Part shown: positions 48,920-58,914 of the stretch, in pieces
Layout of the letters: the number at the start of each line of letters is the position of its first letter
How positions within the stretch are numbered: position 1 is the first letter of the stretch
DNA from: Sulfolobales archaeon
GTDB lineage: Archaea > Thermoproteota > Thermoprotei_A > Sulfolobales > NBVN01
NCBI GenBank assembly: GCA_038841535.1
Contig: JAWBTQ010000006.1
Span: 6,425 to 70,424 of the forward strand
Length of the DNA stretch: 64,000 bases
Direction: 5' to 3'
Translations under genes and position numbers: made by a program
Notes under the pieces: model-generated
Database searches by the model: none
Seen by the model: the letters and a program-made list of their open reading frames with translations, nothing else
What the model was told of the DNA's origin: nothing

Positions 48920-49345
48920 TCAGACTATTGTAGCGCTACAACTCTCTTTAACTTTTCTCGCGTAGTACGTAAGAAGAGTTAAGGAGGAGGTTTCCGAAAG
49001 TACTAAAGTAAGTAAAACGATAACGGCCCTATTGGACGGAATCGTCGATAATGATAGCGGTAATGCTATGATAAAGGATATCGCTACCTTAAGCAGGCTT
49101 AAGTGTTTTGGCACAGCTCCACTGATTAATATTGAGTAGAAAAACTGGTTATACGTGTACTTACCGTACTCTACTATAGTTAAACCAGCAATCGATGCTA
49201 GTAGAGGAACCAAATTAATTGCTTCTGAGTTACGCACGGAATATGAAAGAAGCAGTATCGACGCTGAAACTAAGATCAGTACTATATGAGAAGATGTTGT
49301 TATGAGCGTCCTTCCAGCTACCTTGAATACTTCGTATGCCCTCAT
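48920..49345 (-). CDS. four-TM mini permease, FtsX-domain-like without extracytoplasmic domain
   Basis: 141-aa ORF lying 9 nt upstream of the ABC ATPase gene on the same strand. It has an N-terminal TM (GRTLITTSSHIVLILVSASILL) and three further TMs (FFYSILISGAVPKHLSLLKVAIS...). Confidence 0.5.
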   Translation of the reverse strand: MRAYEVFKVAGRTLITTSSHIVLILVSASILLLSYSVRNSEAINLVPLLASIAGLTIVEYGKYTYNQFFYSILISGAVPKHLSLLKVAISFIIALPLSLSTIPSNRAVIVLLTLVLSETSSLTLLTYYARKVKESCSATIV

Positions 49346-49624
49346 AACTTAGTCACTCTCTCCATCTAGGCCTCGAGGAAGGCTTCGATTTCGGCCCCGC
49401 CGATGTTCTACACTAGGTCGCAGCAAAAATCGCTTCATGCTTATCACGAGGCTTAGCACCCCGAAACAACTATTAAAAACACTTAGAGTACCTTCTGAGC
49501 ACCCCCAAAAGCACCGTGAAGTATTAGGAAGATTCTCCGGTAGCAAGCCTTCCATCCCTATCACTAAAGTCCGATCTCGACATAATTAATTAATCTTAGC
49601 TAGCTTAACAGCATGCTCTCGTTC

Positions 49625-51190
49625 TTAGAACTCTGGGTGTATTTCGAGCACCATTCCCTCTATCACTATAGGGTTTAATTTATTAGCTAGTTTAAGTGCT
49701 TCCGTTAGTCGGCTCTCTGAGTTACTGAAGATCTCCATCATTAATTGACCACTCTTAACTCTATGCCCGCGTTTCACATAAAGCTTTACACCAGCACCCT
49801 TATCTTTTGGGGCACCAGCTACTATAGCTATTTGAGCTACTGCCTTATTGTGAACTCCGGTTACATACCCGTCAGCTACAGCTCTTATCTCAGCCTTATA
49901 CCTTCCAACGGGTATATCTTCTGGCTTAATGTTGGGATTTCCGCCCATAACTTCAACGATTTTTCTAAACGTTTCACAAGCTTTACCCGAATCGAGCAAT
50001 CTCAATGCCGCAGCTCTTCCTTCACCGCTTGGAACAATACCGGCCATTTCAAGTACAAGTCCAGCAAGTGAAGCCGCTTTTTCGCGCACTGACATAGGTC
50101 CACCTCCCATTAGTGTTTCAAGAGCCTCTCTAGCTTCTAATGATGGACCTATAGAATAACCAACTGGCTGGTCGCCGTAAGTTATCGCACACTTTATGTC
50201 TATTCCTAGCTCTCGCGAGACATGTGTAAATAGAGAAGCTATCTTTCTACCCTCCTGTACGGACTCTATCTTAGCTCCATGACCTACCGGGATGTCTAAC
50301 ACTAAGTTTCTAACACTCATACTCAGCTTCTTAGACAGTATCGACGCAACCATTTGAGATACTGGGTCCAACCTCAACTTGTACTCTACTCGGATCAGTA
50401 TGTCATCAGCTGGGGCTAGATTCAGAGAACCACCCCAAATAATGAAGCCCCTAACTTTTTTCGCTAACTCCAAGACTTCCTCCGCTGTGAATGTGACTGG
50501 AGCAATTGTTTCCATAGTATCAGCTGTTCCAGCTGGAGAAGTTATAGCTCTCGATGAGGTTTTAGGTATGAATAGTCCTGCTGCTGCTACTATTGGAACA
50601 GCTACTATTGATACCTTTGAATTACCTGGTACACCACCTATTGAGTGCATATCGTACGCAATTTCACCAAAATCTAGTACCTCACCAGTCTCGACCATGG
50701 CTTTTGTTAAGCTCACTATTTCAGATACGTCCATACCGATGACGGTCTGCGCCACAACAAAGGCCGCTATTTCTGCTTCACTCAGCACGCCAGATACGAC
50801 ATCGCGAATGATGCTCCTGATCTCGTCAGGAGTAAGCTTGTTACCGGAGAGCTTCTTTACGATGTGCTCGATAGCCGGGGTACTTGTAAAGAGATCTACA
50901 TCGAGTTCGCTAGGTTTCCCCAGCTCTCTGTATATATTGGTAGGTATGCCCATAGATGGTTCGTCATCGTCAGTAATTACGGCCCACAGAGACGTTGTCT
51001 TGGAGCTCGTTTGAACCCTTAGCCTAGCTCCTCCACTAACTCCAAGCTCACTACCTACTCTCTTACTAATGAAGACTAACCGAAGATCACCTACGTCTAC
51101 CTGAACTTCGCGTGTAGGTATCTTCATAGCTAGTATTCTAACCATAGGAAGGTTAATAAATTCCTTGCTTTCGGTAACTAACATCCCCAC
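49625..51190 (-). CDS. AMP phosphorylase (thymidine-phosphorylase family with archaeal N-terminal extension)
   Basis: 521-aa ORF. SIGGVPGNKVS-like HSIGGVPGNSKVS, TSSRAITSPAGTAD and a C-terminal alpha/beta domain are present. Its length exceeds bacterial DeoA, as in archaeal AMPpase. Confidence 0.8.
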   Translation of the reverse strand: MGMLVTESKEFINLPMVRILAMKIPTREVQVDVGDLRLVFISKRVGSELGVSGGARLRVQTSSKTTSLWAVITDDDEPSMGIPTNIYRELGKPSELDVDLFTSTPAIEHIVKKLSGNKLTPDEIRSIIRDVVSGVLSEAEIAAFVVAQTVIGMDVSEIVSLTKAMVETGEVLDFGEIAYDMHSIGGVPGNSKVSIVAVPIVAAAGLFIPKTSSRAITSPAGTADTMETIAPVTFTAEEVLELAKKVRGFIIWGGSLNLAPADDILIRVEYKLRLDPVSQMVASILSKKLSMSVRNLVLDIPVGHGAKIESVQEGRKIASLFTHVSRELGIDIKCAITYGDQPVGYSIGPSLEAREALETLMGGGPMSVREKAASLAGLVLEMAGIVPSGEGRAAALRLLDSGKACETFRKIVEVMGGNPNIKPEDIPVGRYKAEIRAVADGYVTGVHNKAVAQIAIVAGAPKDKGAGVKLYVKRGHRVKSGQLMMEIFSNSESRLTEALKLANKLNPIVIEGMVLEIHPEF

Positions 51191-51273
51191 AAATAGACTA
51201 GTAATGAACGAAACTAGGTTTTGCGAGTAAAGTACTTATAACTCTCTGGGAAGCTAGTGTACTGGAGTTTGGA

Positions 51274-53637
51274 TTGAGCAAGAGTAGTGGGAAAAAAGTT
51301 AAGGAACATAAAGCTAAAGTAGGGTTGTTGAGAGTAGCAACAAATAGGAAGTTCGTCTTGGTTTTAGGACTCGCACTACTCGTCTTTTCAGTTACTTACG
51401 GCGTTCACCTTAGAATGCGGATAGTTCAAAACTCTATTGAACACGGCTACGGTCCCACACTCTACGAGCTCGATCCCTTCCAAGAATACTTCGTTGCTAG
51501 TGTTCTACTCGAGCATGGGCTTGACTACGTAACCTATCTGAATCACTACAATAACCTAACACACCTATTCTGGTACCCCTGGGGCAGAGATTTCACTCAC
51601 AGTGTTTACATAGGACTCCCAATCTTTTCTATTGGAACGTACCACTTAGTCAGGTTGTTTAACCCCGGGATGACTTTATACGAGTGGATGGTCTACCTAC
51701 CACCACTGTTCTTCGTGATATCTGTCGTGGGTATCTACCTAGCTGTACGCGAGCTCTCATCCGACTTACCTGCCGGGATTGCGTCATTAAGCTACTCCTT
51801 GATGTTTAATAGTAGGCAGCTCGCTGGTTTTACAGTTAAGTACTCGATCGGTTTAGCTTTTCTCTCTATAGCCATATTCTTTCATATAAGGGCTTGGAAG
51901 AGAAGAGATTACTTTAGTGCCTCTTTAGCAGGGCTCATGCTAGGTCTAGCCGCTCTTGGGTGGGCCGGCTATAACGTAGTGTTCGTAGCTATGGTCGCCC
52001 ACGTAGTGCTCTTGCCATTCGTGAGGCAACTAAGTATTAAAGACCTTGTTCTTTGGGTGATAGAGTACGCACCACTGTTTATCCTGCAAGTAATAGCACC
52101 TACATATGGAATTAGGTACGTAGTTAGGTCGGTTGGAGTGCTTGGACCAGCATCCATACTCTTACTCGTACTTGGCTATCTGATACATAGGGTAGGAGTA
52201 AGTAGGTTCTCAACTTACTTAGGGATACTGGCAGAGAGACCGAAGCTCACATACTTTGCGGTTCTCGCAATCGCTGGATTACTAGGAATCTACGTAATTG
52301 TGGGAGGAAAGCTCGCTCTAGCAGGTAAAGCTCTCGCAGCTGTCGGTCTTGGTACTCTTACACACGTACTAGTCGAAACCGTCGCAGAATATCAACCAGC
52401 TGGAGCTCAAGATGTTATTGTAGGTTTAGGTGCTGCGATCGTGTATGCCACTATCTCTACAATATATATGTTCTTGAGTAGTCTAGTAAAGAAAAGGGAC
52501 TCTAAGTACGGGTGGTATATACTTCTACTGGCATTAATCCTGATCGTGGCAGCTCTAATTTACGGGAGGCAGGAGTTACCGCTTTCTCAGTTTGTAGTAT
52601 CGGCGGCTATAGCTGCCGGACTATTGGGAGCGGCGTTGGGCTCGGGATTGAAAGACGAGTACTTCTTTTTAGTAGCTCTCTTCGCTTTCTCTATAGTGGG
52701 TACAATCAATATCTCGTACTTTAGCTATCTTCTCGCTATAGCCGCCTCCATTCTCGTAGGCTACATAGTATACGTTTTAATCTCCAGCTCCGTGAGCCGT
52801 AGGTCTGGGCTATTAACTAAGCTCATATCCGCTGTAATAGTCTGTGTTTACATAGTCTCGGTAGTTTTTCAGGGCGCTACTATGTGGGTCAGAGCCTATA
52901 ATGCTCAACTACCGACCATAGTAGAGGCTTCTCTCGGTCTCAATGTAGAGGCTCCCGTGTGGGTAGATGGCCTCAAGTGGGTAAAAGAGAACACGCCAGC
53001 AGACTCAGTTATAGTTTCGTGGTGGGACTACGGCTACTGGATCAGCGTTATCGGTCGAAGGCCGTCGGTAGCTGATGGAGCAACCATTAACGCCACTCAT
53101 ATCGAGATCCTGGCAAACGCATTAACTAGTACAGAAGAAACGGCTTTAGATATATTTGTTAAACAATTTAGGATAAGGCCAGAGAGGCTCTATGTAGCAG
53201 TCTACGAAGTATTCGTTGTTGATGTATCAACTAACTTATTCTACCCGGGTCCACTCGTTTTCGGTAATACGATCCTCGGAGCTGATGCAGCAAAGGGGAT
53301 TGCTGCGATATATAAAATAGCAAATAAGACTCCCCCTGTTTACGTATATAGAGACCCTAACGCAGGGATTGCTGTTGGTCTTCCGGACTGGGTGTCCGAA
53401 AATCTGACCTCTACCTTACTTTACAAGGTACTTATTGATGCTGCTTATCAAGTGTGGGGACCTAATGGATATAGAGCTGCGTTCATATATAGGAACCCGC
53501 AGTATCCCCCGGAGATACCTCGACCCGCGATGTCTTTCTTCGAGCCCGCCTATATATCTACATCCCTACTGTTTACTCAGGGTTCATACTCGGCTTATGT
53601 ACTTTTAGCTATATACAAGCCGAGGACTGCCACATGA
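51274..53637 (+). CDS. aglB: dolichyl-phosphooligosaccharide-protein glycotransferase AglB (STT3 family)
   Basis: 787-aa ORF with about 13 TM helices followed by VSWWDYGYWIS (the WWDYG motif). Confidence 0.9.
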   Translation: MSKSSGKKVKEHKAKVGLLRVATNRKFVLVLGLALLVFSVTYGVHLRMRIVQNSIEHGYGPTLYELDPFQEYFVASVLLEHGLDYVTYLNHYNNLTHLFWYPWGRDFTHSVYIGLPIFSIGTYHLVRLFNPGMTLYEWMVYLPPLFFVISVVGIYLAVRELSSDLPAGIASLSYSLMFNSRQLAGFTVKYSIGLAFLSIAIFFHIRAWKRRDYFSASLAGLMLGLAALGWAGYNVVFVAMVAHVVLLPFVRQLSIKDLVLWVIEYAPLFILQVIAPTYGIRYVVRSVGVLGPASILLLVLGYLIHRVGVSRFSTYLGILAERPKLTYFAVLAIAGLLGIYVIVGGKLALAGKALAAVGLGTLTHVLVETVAEYQPAGAQDVIVGLGAAIVYATISTIYMFLSSLVKKRDSKYGWYILLLALILIVAALIYGRQELPLSQFVVSAAIAAGLLGAALGSGLKDEYFFLVALFAFSIVGTINISYFSYLLAIAASILVGYIVYVLISSSVSRRSGLLTKLISAVIVCVYIVSVVFQGATMWVRAYNAQLPTIVEASLGLNVEAPVWVDGLKWVKENTPADSVIVSWWDYGYWISVIGRRPSVADGATINATHIEILANALTSTEETALDIFVKQFRIRPERLYVAVYEVFVVDVSTNLFYPGPLVFGNTILGADAAKGIAAIYKIANKTPPVYVYRDPNAGIAVGLPDWVSENLTSTLLYKVLIDAAYQVWGPNGYRAAFIYRNPQYPPEIPRPAMSFFEPAYISTSLLFTQGSYSAYVLLAIYKPRTAT

Positions 53638-54857
53638 CGGAGGTTTGTGGACGGTATGTTCTAGTGTCGGCTAACGAGGTAATCGAGAACGCCTGCCTAG
53701 TCTTCAACGAGAATATAGTTAGAGTGGAGAAGGAGAAGGGAGTTCAGGATAACACCTTAGTAACTCATGGTCTTACTAGCACGCACACACACCTAGGTCT
53801 CTATCCCCTTAGAACTACTCTCACGGGTTACACGAAGCTGGATGAATGGGTAGCAAGGTACGTGTGGCGTTGGGAAAAGCTCTTACGCAGAGAACCTGAG
53901 TTAAGTTATGCTACAGCAGTTCTGGCTCTCTCTAAAGTGGTTTTAAGTGGAGTAACGGCTGTAGCAGATATGCATTTTAACGAGGATAAGGTCGCTGAAG
54001 CCTTACTTAAAGTAGGCATTAGAGGAGACCTAAGTGTGGCGATAATGTCTAGAGGGGTTTATGATTCATTCGAAGTAGCCGTTGGAGAGAACGTCGAACT
54101 AGCTAAGAAGTACGGAGGAAGCAGTTTGATAAAGGTTAGACTGGGACCTACCACGCCGAGATTGCTCTCTCCCCTAGAGTTTAAGGAAGTTGTTGATAGA
54201 GCTAAGGAGATGGGTATTGGAATACACACTCATATCGCTGAAGTTCCTGAGGATGCCGAGTATGTTAGAGGGACGTATGGAATGAGCATGAAAGACTTTA
54301 TTGAGTTCGTAGACTTAAAAGCTGTTAACACTATTATTGCCCACGGGGTGTGGCTGGACTCGGAGACCGAACTGACCCTAGCCCACCCTAATATAACTAT
54401 AGTGCACTGTCCTACATCGAACACCTTATTGAGAGACGGTGTAGCACCAATTAAAAGGTACAGAGATAAGGGAATTCGCGTAGGTCTAGGGATAGATGTT
54501 TCCCTCAGCTACAGCATTCTTGATGAAATCGCTGCGGCAACATATCTTCACTTAGGCCGCGGCGACATAGGTCCTCGCGAAATGTTTGATGCTGCTACAG
54601 CATCGGGATACCAAGCTCTAGAGATTGGTAGAGGCACTATCGAGGTCGGGGAAACAGCTGATATAGTTCTCTGGTCTATCGATGAACTAACTCTTGATCC
54701 TATTGTTGGGTTAATTGCGTCCGGTAGGGTAATTGAAGCATACGTTAGAGGTAGGAAAATAGTTGAGGAAGGTAGTATTTTGGGAGTATCTGGTGAGGAA
54801 ATAGGAGAGTTCGAAAAAGAAGTGTTAAGGTACTTTAAGAAATGCTTTACGGCATAG
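53634..54857 (+). CDS. metal-dependent amidohydrolase (MTA/SAH-deaminase / chlorohydrolase-like)
   Basis: 407-aa ORF with STHTHLG (HxH), HTHIAE, AHGVWL and GIDV. It overlaps the aglB stop by 4 nt. Confidence 0.65.
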   Translation: MTEVCGRYVLVSANEVIENACLVFNENIVRVEKEKGVQDNTLVTHGLTSTHTHLGLYPLRTTLTGYTKLDEWVARYVWRWEKLLRREPELSYATAVLALSKVVLSGVTAVADMHFNEDKVAEALLKVGIRGDLSVAIMSRGVYDSFEVAVGENVELAKKYGGSSLIKVRLGPTTPRLLSPLEFKEVVDRAKEMGIGIHTHIAEVPEDAEYVRGTYGMSMKDFIEFVDLKAVNTIIAHGVWLDSETELTLAHPNITIVHCPTSNTLLRDGVAPIKRYRDKGIRVGLGIDVSLSYSILDEIAAATYLHLGRGDIGPREMFDAATASGYQALEIGRGTIEVGETADIVLWSIDELTLDPIVGLIASGRVIEAYVRGRKIVEEGSILGVSGEEIGEFEKEVLRYFKKCFTA

Positions 54858-55090
54858 CGTGTTCGCTTCTATTGCTAGAACTGGTCTTTCTAACGATTAC
54901 AGTTACTAGAACACCAACTAAGGAAGTTGAACCCAGAACTGACTTGAGTTTTACTATACTCATTGCTGTAGGCTTTATGCTAATCGTGCTTGGATATACT
55001 GCCTTAAGAAAGAAGCATAAAGAGGGAAGAACTGCGAGTAAAGACTTGAAAACGTTTGCAGAAACTATGTGCCTTGAGGCAGATAAATGA
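54842..55090 (+). CDS. small two-TM membrane protein (hypothetical)
   Basis: 82-aa ORF with two hydrophobic segments. Coding status is uncertain. Confidence 0.3.
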   Translation: MLYGIACSLLLLELVFLTITVTRTPTKEVEPRTDLSFTILIAVGFMLIVLGYTALRKKHKEGRTASKDLKTFAETMCLEADK

Positions 55091-55118
55091 GAACATTAAT
55101 TACCTTTGGTAGTGAGCC

Positions 55119-56516
55119 TTGGTCGCACTCGATGTAGTTGCTGGCTCTGTTGCCGAGAGGAACTTGGTCAAGAGTCTCTCAGAATATCTCACATTAAAGG
55201 GTCTGTCGGTTGATGTAGTCCCAATAGAGGTATTGGAATGGGGTGAAATAGAGTGCGCTATAGATGACATCAGCTGCACTGCTCAGCCACCTGTTGAGAG
55301 TGCGGATGTTTCGGGAGTTTTAGGTAGAGACATAGTCTTTTCGTCAACGACTAAAGACCCTGATAATGTGTGGGTAGCCTATTGGCTGAGCGCGAAGAGA
55401 GGTGCCTCTGCTGTAGTATTTTATGACGAATATCCACGCATAAGAAAGAGGAGAATAGTGGTAAACGAGGTTCCCAGCCATAACTTCAAAACTAAAATGG
55501 TGGCAAAAAAGCCAGCTATTCATGTACCTCTAAGCGCCCTACCCAAGCTTAAGAAAAAACGATACGTCACTATCTTCGTTAAGACCTTCAAAAGACTTTC
55601 CCAAGGCTATGTTTTAGACATCGTCACTGGAGATAGGACACCAAGAGTTGCTATTATTACACATCACGACCGCTGGTTAACGGGTTTTAGAGATAATAGC
55701 ATCGGGGTCTTAACTATTTTAAAGCTTGCACAGCTACTAGAGAAATTGAAGATTCCTGCCAGATTAATCAGTTTTACTGCTGAAGAGTTTGGGGACCCTG
55801 CCGAGAGGTCTTTTTACTGGGCCTATGGGTCGAGAGCTTACTCTAAAAACATGGTCGATAGCTCAAGTCTGGACTTAGCAATAGTAGTTGATACAGCTTA
55901 CAGAGAGCCTGTGAGCTTGGATTCTGTTGGAGTCCTTGGTCTAGAATCGAGTCTGAGATTAGTTAAGACTTCTAAGTCGGAGATAGGTATAGTGTACACA
56001 GATGCCGTCTCTATGGTGAACCGTGGGATTCCCTCGATTGTACTACATAACCTCTACGCGATTAAGCCTGTATACCACTCAGACGCCGACACTTATCCGG
56101 GTAGGTCAGTCGAAGCTGTGATCGTTAAGCTAGTTAGAGATATAGCGAATATAGTAAAAGAATACAAAGAGAAGAACGTGGATTCTCTATATAGAGCTTA
56201 CGTTGAGAGAATTAAAGCTGCCTCCGCCCCGGACATGAGGACATACCTAGAAGCCACGTCTAATCCCATAGCCTTAAGCAGGTGTTTAACTAAATACTAC
56301 ACGACGTTTGCCATTGAGGGAGCTTATAGCGACTTCAACACTGAGTTAAAGCTACTTACATACTCGGACATAATAAGAGGTGTTGAAGCTGGACGCAAGT
56401 ATACCATCCTCAGTAGCGATGTAACCGTAAGTTCTGAGGACATAGACCATCTTAAGAAGCTAGCTAAAACCATGCTCGAAGAGGCCGTTGGATGCTCTAA
56501 AACTGGCTATGTGTAG
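55119..56516 (+). CDS. M28-family metallo-aminopeptidase-like protein
   Basis: 465-aa ORF. ITHHDRW, DNSIGV, FTAEEFG and YHSDADT match the order of the M28 zinc ligands. Confidence 0.65.
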   Translation: MVALDVVAGSVAERNLVKSLSEYLTLKGLSVDVVPIEVLEWGEIECAIDDISCTAQPPVESADVSGVLGRDIVFSSTTKDPDNVWVAYWLSAKRGASAVVFYDEYPRIRKRRIVVNEVPSHNFKTKMVAKKPAIHVPLSALPKLKKKRYVTIFVKTFKRLSQGYVLDIVTGDRTPRVAIITHHDRWLTGFRDNSIGVLTILKLAQLLEKLKIPARLISFTAEEFGDPAERSFYWAYGSRAYSKNMVDSSSLDLAIVVDTAYREPVSLDSVGVLGLESSLRLVKTSKSEIGIVYTDAVSMVNRGIPSIVLHNLYAIKPVYHSDADTYPGRSVEAVIVKLVRDIANIVKEYKEKNVDSLYRAYVERIKAASAPDMRTYLEATSNPIALSRCLTKYYTTFAIEGAYSDFNTELKLLTYSDIIRGVEAGRKYTILSSDVTVSSEDIDHLKKLAKTMLEEAVGCSKTGYV

Positions 56517-56590
56517 CTAGGGTGTATGGTTGTACAGTGTAGATCATAATAATTACGGCTACTACGACAAACCTCGTCTGTTTATCTGAA

Positions 56591-57379
56591 CTACACTATC
56601 CTGTCAACTTTAATCTTACCGTACCTTGAGATTATGTCGGCTAACTTCTCAGTGTCGTTGATATAAATACGGAAGAGGACTTCCATGTTTCCTTCACTTT
56701 TAACAAAATCGATGAATCTCCTAGACGGGCATACTCTAACTCTATAACCTTGGATAGGGAACCTCAGCGCAAACCCGGGCACTCCTAGAATTCCAGTAGT
56801 ATAAACTTCAGCACTTCTTAAAACGTTAACGTACTTCTTGACCAACTTACGGCTAACTGTCTGAATAATAAAAGATATAGCAACAGGTACTTCATAGAGT
56901 GCTAGAAGTCTTAAAACTTGACCGAAGATGCTGTTACTGGTCGTAGTAAAATAGTGCTGAACGTATGTCGGATATACAATGAAGAACCATATAAGCACTA
57001 TTACCATAGAGAGCATTGAAACCCCAGAAGCCTTTAGAAGAGGCTTTAGTTCTTTAACTAACTCTAAGTCTTTTGACTGAAGCTCTGTTATCTCTTCCTG
57101 TTTTACTACCAAAATCTTCTTGCCGGCGACAATTTCTTTGACATTGCTACCCCGTCTCTGCTGTCTTATTGTAGACATAAAGAATACTGACATAAAAACT
57201 ATGAAGTAGAGCGTCATAATTATCCCATGGTACTCGGGCGGAACGAATAGATTTATTATTACGAAGAGCGTTATTATCCCTTGGCTAATTAGCAGGGAGC
57301 GTATCATAGCCTTCCTCGTCAGGTAATACGACAGCTTAATACACCTCCTGTAACTAGTTACACGTGGATTTAAATCCAA
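56591..57379 (-). CDS. hypothetical membrane protein
   Basis: 262-aa ORF with four to five TM segments and no motif recognised. Confidence 0.45.
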   Translation of the reverse strand: MDLNPRVTSYRRCIKLSYYLTRKAMIRSLLISQGIITLFVIINLFVPPEYHGIIMTLYFIVFMSVFFMSTIRQQRRGSNVKEIVAGKKILVVKQEEITELQSKDLELVKELKPLLKASGVSMLSMVIVLIWFFIVYPTYVQHYFTTTSNSIFGQVLRLLALYEVPVAISFIIQTVSRKLVKKYVNVLRSAEVYTTGILGVPGFALRFPIQGYRVRVCPSRRFIDFVKSEGNMEVLFRIYINDTEKLADIISRYGKIKVDRIV

Positions 57380-57424
57380 TGATGCACAAAGCTTTAAAGA
57401 CCTCTACAGTAAAGAAGCCATTAG

Positions 57425-57727
57425 GTGATAAAATTTAGAGTCCCTTCAGAGATAGATGTACTAAAGGTAATAGCTAGATACGGGTCTATTAGAGGCACAA
57501 TAAATCTCCACAACTTAGTTCACGAGCTACAGACAAGAGGCTTACTAAAGACGGAGTTCAGCTTCATAAAGTACAGCTTCGGATACTACAGTAAAGATCT
57601 CGAAGAAGCTATCTACTCTCTAAAGAAGTTAAACTTAATTAAGGTAAGTAGGAGCGATGATGGAGTTGAAGTATACGAGATCACGGATAGAGGATTAAAA
57701 ATTCTCGAAGTAGTCTTTAAAACGTAA
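57425..57727 (+). CDS. small winged-helix-like protein
   Basis: 100-aa ORF. FGYYSKDLEEAIYSLKKLNLIKV...YEITDRGLKIL is wHTH-like. Confidence 0.4.
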   Translation: MIKFRVPSEIDVLKVIARYGSIRGTINLHNLVHELQTRGLLKTEFSFIKYSFGYYSKDLEEAIYSLKKLNLIKVSRSDDGVEVYEITDRGLKILEVVFKT

Positions 57728-58196
57728 AGTGAGTATAGACTGTTTTCTTGGTAGAAGATTATGAGATAGTTTAATTATCTAGGGTACTTGGAGGCTGGTC
57801 TCCAGTCCCTATGACGGCGGGAGGTCAGCGTAGGACTGGATAGATGGCCCCTCCACCGAGGTGGGCGTAGTGGCGTCTGTTGATGCAGCTCTCGATGACT
57901 CTACTACTAATGAATGGAGGTAGGGAAGTCAGCGTCCAGAAAAACCAGAACACTCAAATAATAAACGCTAGCAACCACTTCTTCACTGTCTTCACTCTAA
58001 GTTAACATAGATTTTACTGCCATCAACCACGTCCCTGCGAACACTTTACCGCATCGAAATCTGCTTCAGCTTAGGATAGAGAACACTGCCCTACTCCATC
58101 AGAAAGTGGCAATATTTAATAGTTGCAGTCTACGAATTCCATCGAATAGTTATATATTAGCTAAAGATTGGGCGAATTGTTTAAGCTATCGAGTTG

Positions 58197-58895
58197 CTAT
58201 ATAGGGTATAGTAAAGTTCTTTTCCGCTGGTTTCCGTAGTTACCAAGTCTAACTCTGAGTGAGTGAAGTAACCTCTTTCTTACCAAAACAGGTAACCTAA
58301 AAATCTCAAGGCTGAAGTTGTAGTAAGGCTTAACCCTCGCTTTCCTAATGCTCTCAATCATTTCTTCAGCGCTGGCGTTATCAGCATCTACTAGCGTATA
58401 AGCCGAACCTATCAGCTCTAAGATGTGGGCATCACTTCCAGAGACTCTGCACTCTTTGTCTTGGGAAGAGTAGATGGTGTAGATATTCGTTAATACGTCT
58501 GAGGAAGAGTTATATACTTCGACGCAGTTTACGTACTTTAGTTCGAATAGTCTTCCGCAGCCTTTTCTTATTAGCGCAAACGGGTGGACCGCTATGGTAA
58601 CGCAGTTTTCTCTAGCCACCATATCTAACAATGAGGTGAACTCTATGTGCATCAAGGCAGCGTTTTTAGACTTCAGCCGCACTACGGAACTCACTGGCAC
58701 ATGTTCACATAGAACTAATACATCGCCAAGTTCTGTTCTGAATTCAGCACCTGGTATGACAGTGATTCTACTCTTTCTTCTTAAAGCAATGTAAGACCCA
58801 AGAAATGTATCGTGGTCTGTTATAGAAATAGCATTTAAACCCATCAACTCAGCGTACCTTACTACCTCCTCAGGACTTAGCTCTCCATCACTCAC
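58197..58895 (-). CDS. PHP-domain metal-dependent phosphoesterase (start codon problematic, see findings)
   Basis: 232-aa ORF from a GTG. It has ISITDHDT, AVHP and GSDAH. The canonical N-terminal DxHxHS motif (VDPHIHS) is encoded in frame immediately upstream of this GTG. Confidence 0.75.
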   Translation of the reverse strand: MSDGELSPEEVVRYAELMGLNAISITDHDTFLGSYIALRRKSRITVIPGAEFRTELGDVLVLCEHVPVSSVVRLKSKNAALMHIEFTSLLDMVARENCVTIAVHPFALIRKGCGRLFELKYVNCVEVYNSSSDVLTNIYTIYSSQDKECRVSGSDAHILELIGSAYTLVDADNASAEEMIESIRKARVKPYYNFSLEIFRLPVLVRKRLLHSLRVRLGNYGNQRKRTLLYPI

Positions 58896-58914
58896 ATAGC
58901 TATGAATGTGTGGG

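Noticed and set aside
50379-51014. 211-aa ORF antisense to the AMP phosphorylase gene. Similar long antisense ORFs occur at 58970-59515, 60570-61016, 62445-62870, 12780-13187, 37189-37608, 2014-2454 and 8041-8412.
   Set aside because: Each lies entirely inside a well-supported gene on the opposite strand and has an S/T/P/L-rich low-complexity translation typical of shadow ORFs.
57802-57839. Inverted TCCAGTCC / GGACTGGA pair, superficially like the CTCCAGTGGAAA core of crenarchaeal origin recognition boxes.
   Set aside because: Only the CCAGT part matches. There is no orc1/cdc6 or whiP gene nearby and no clear AT-rich unwinding element bracketed by repeats.
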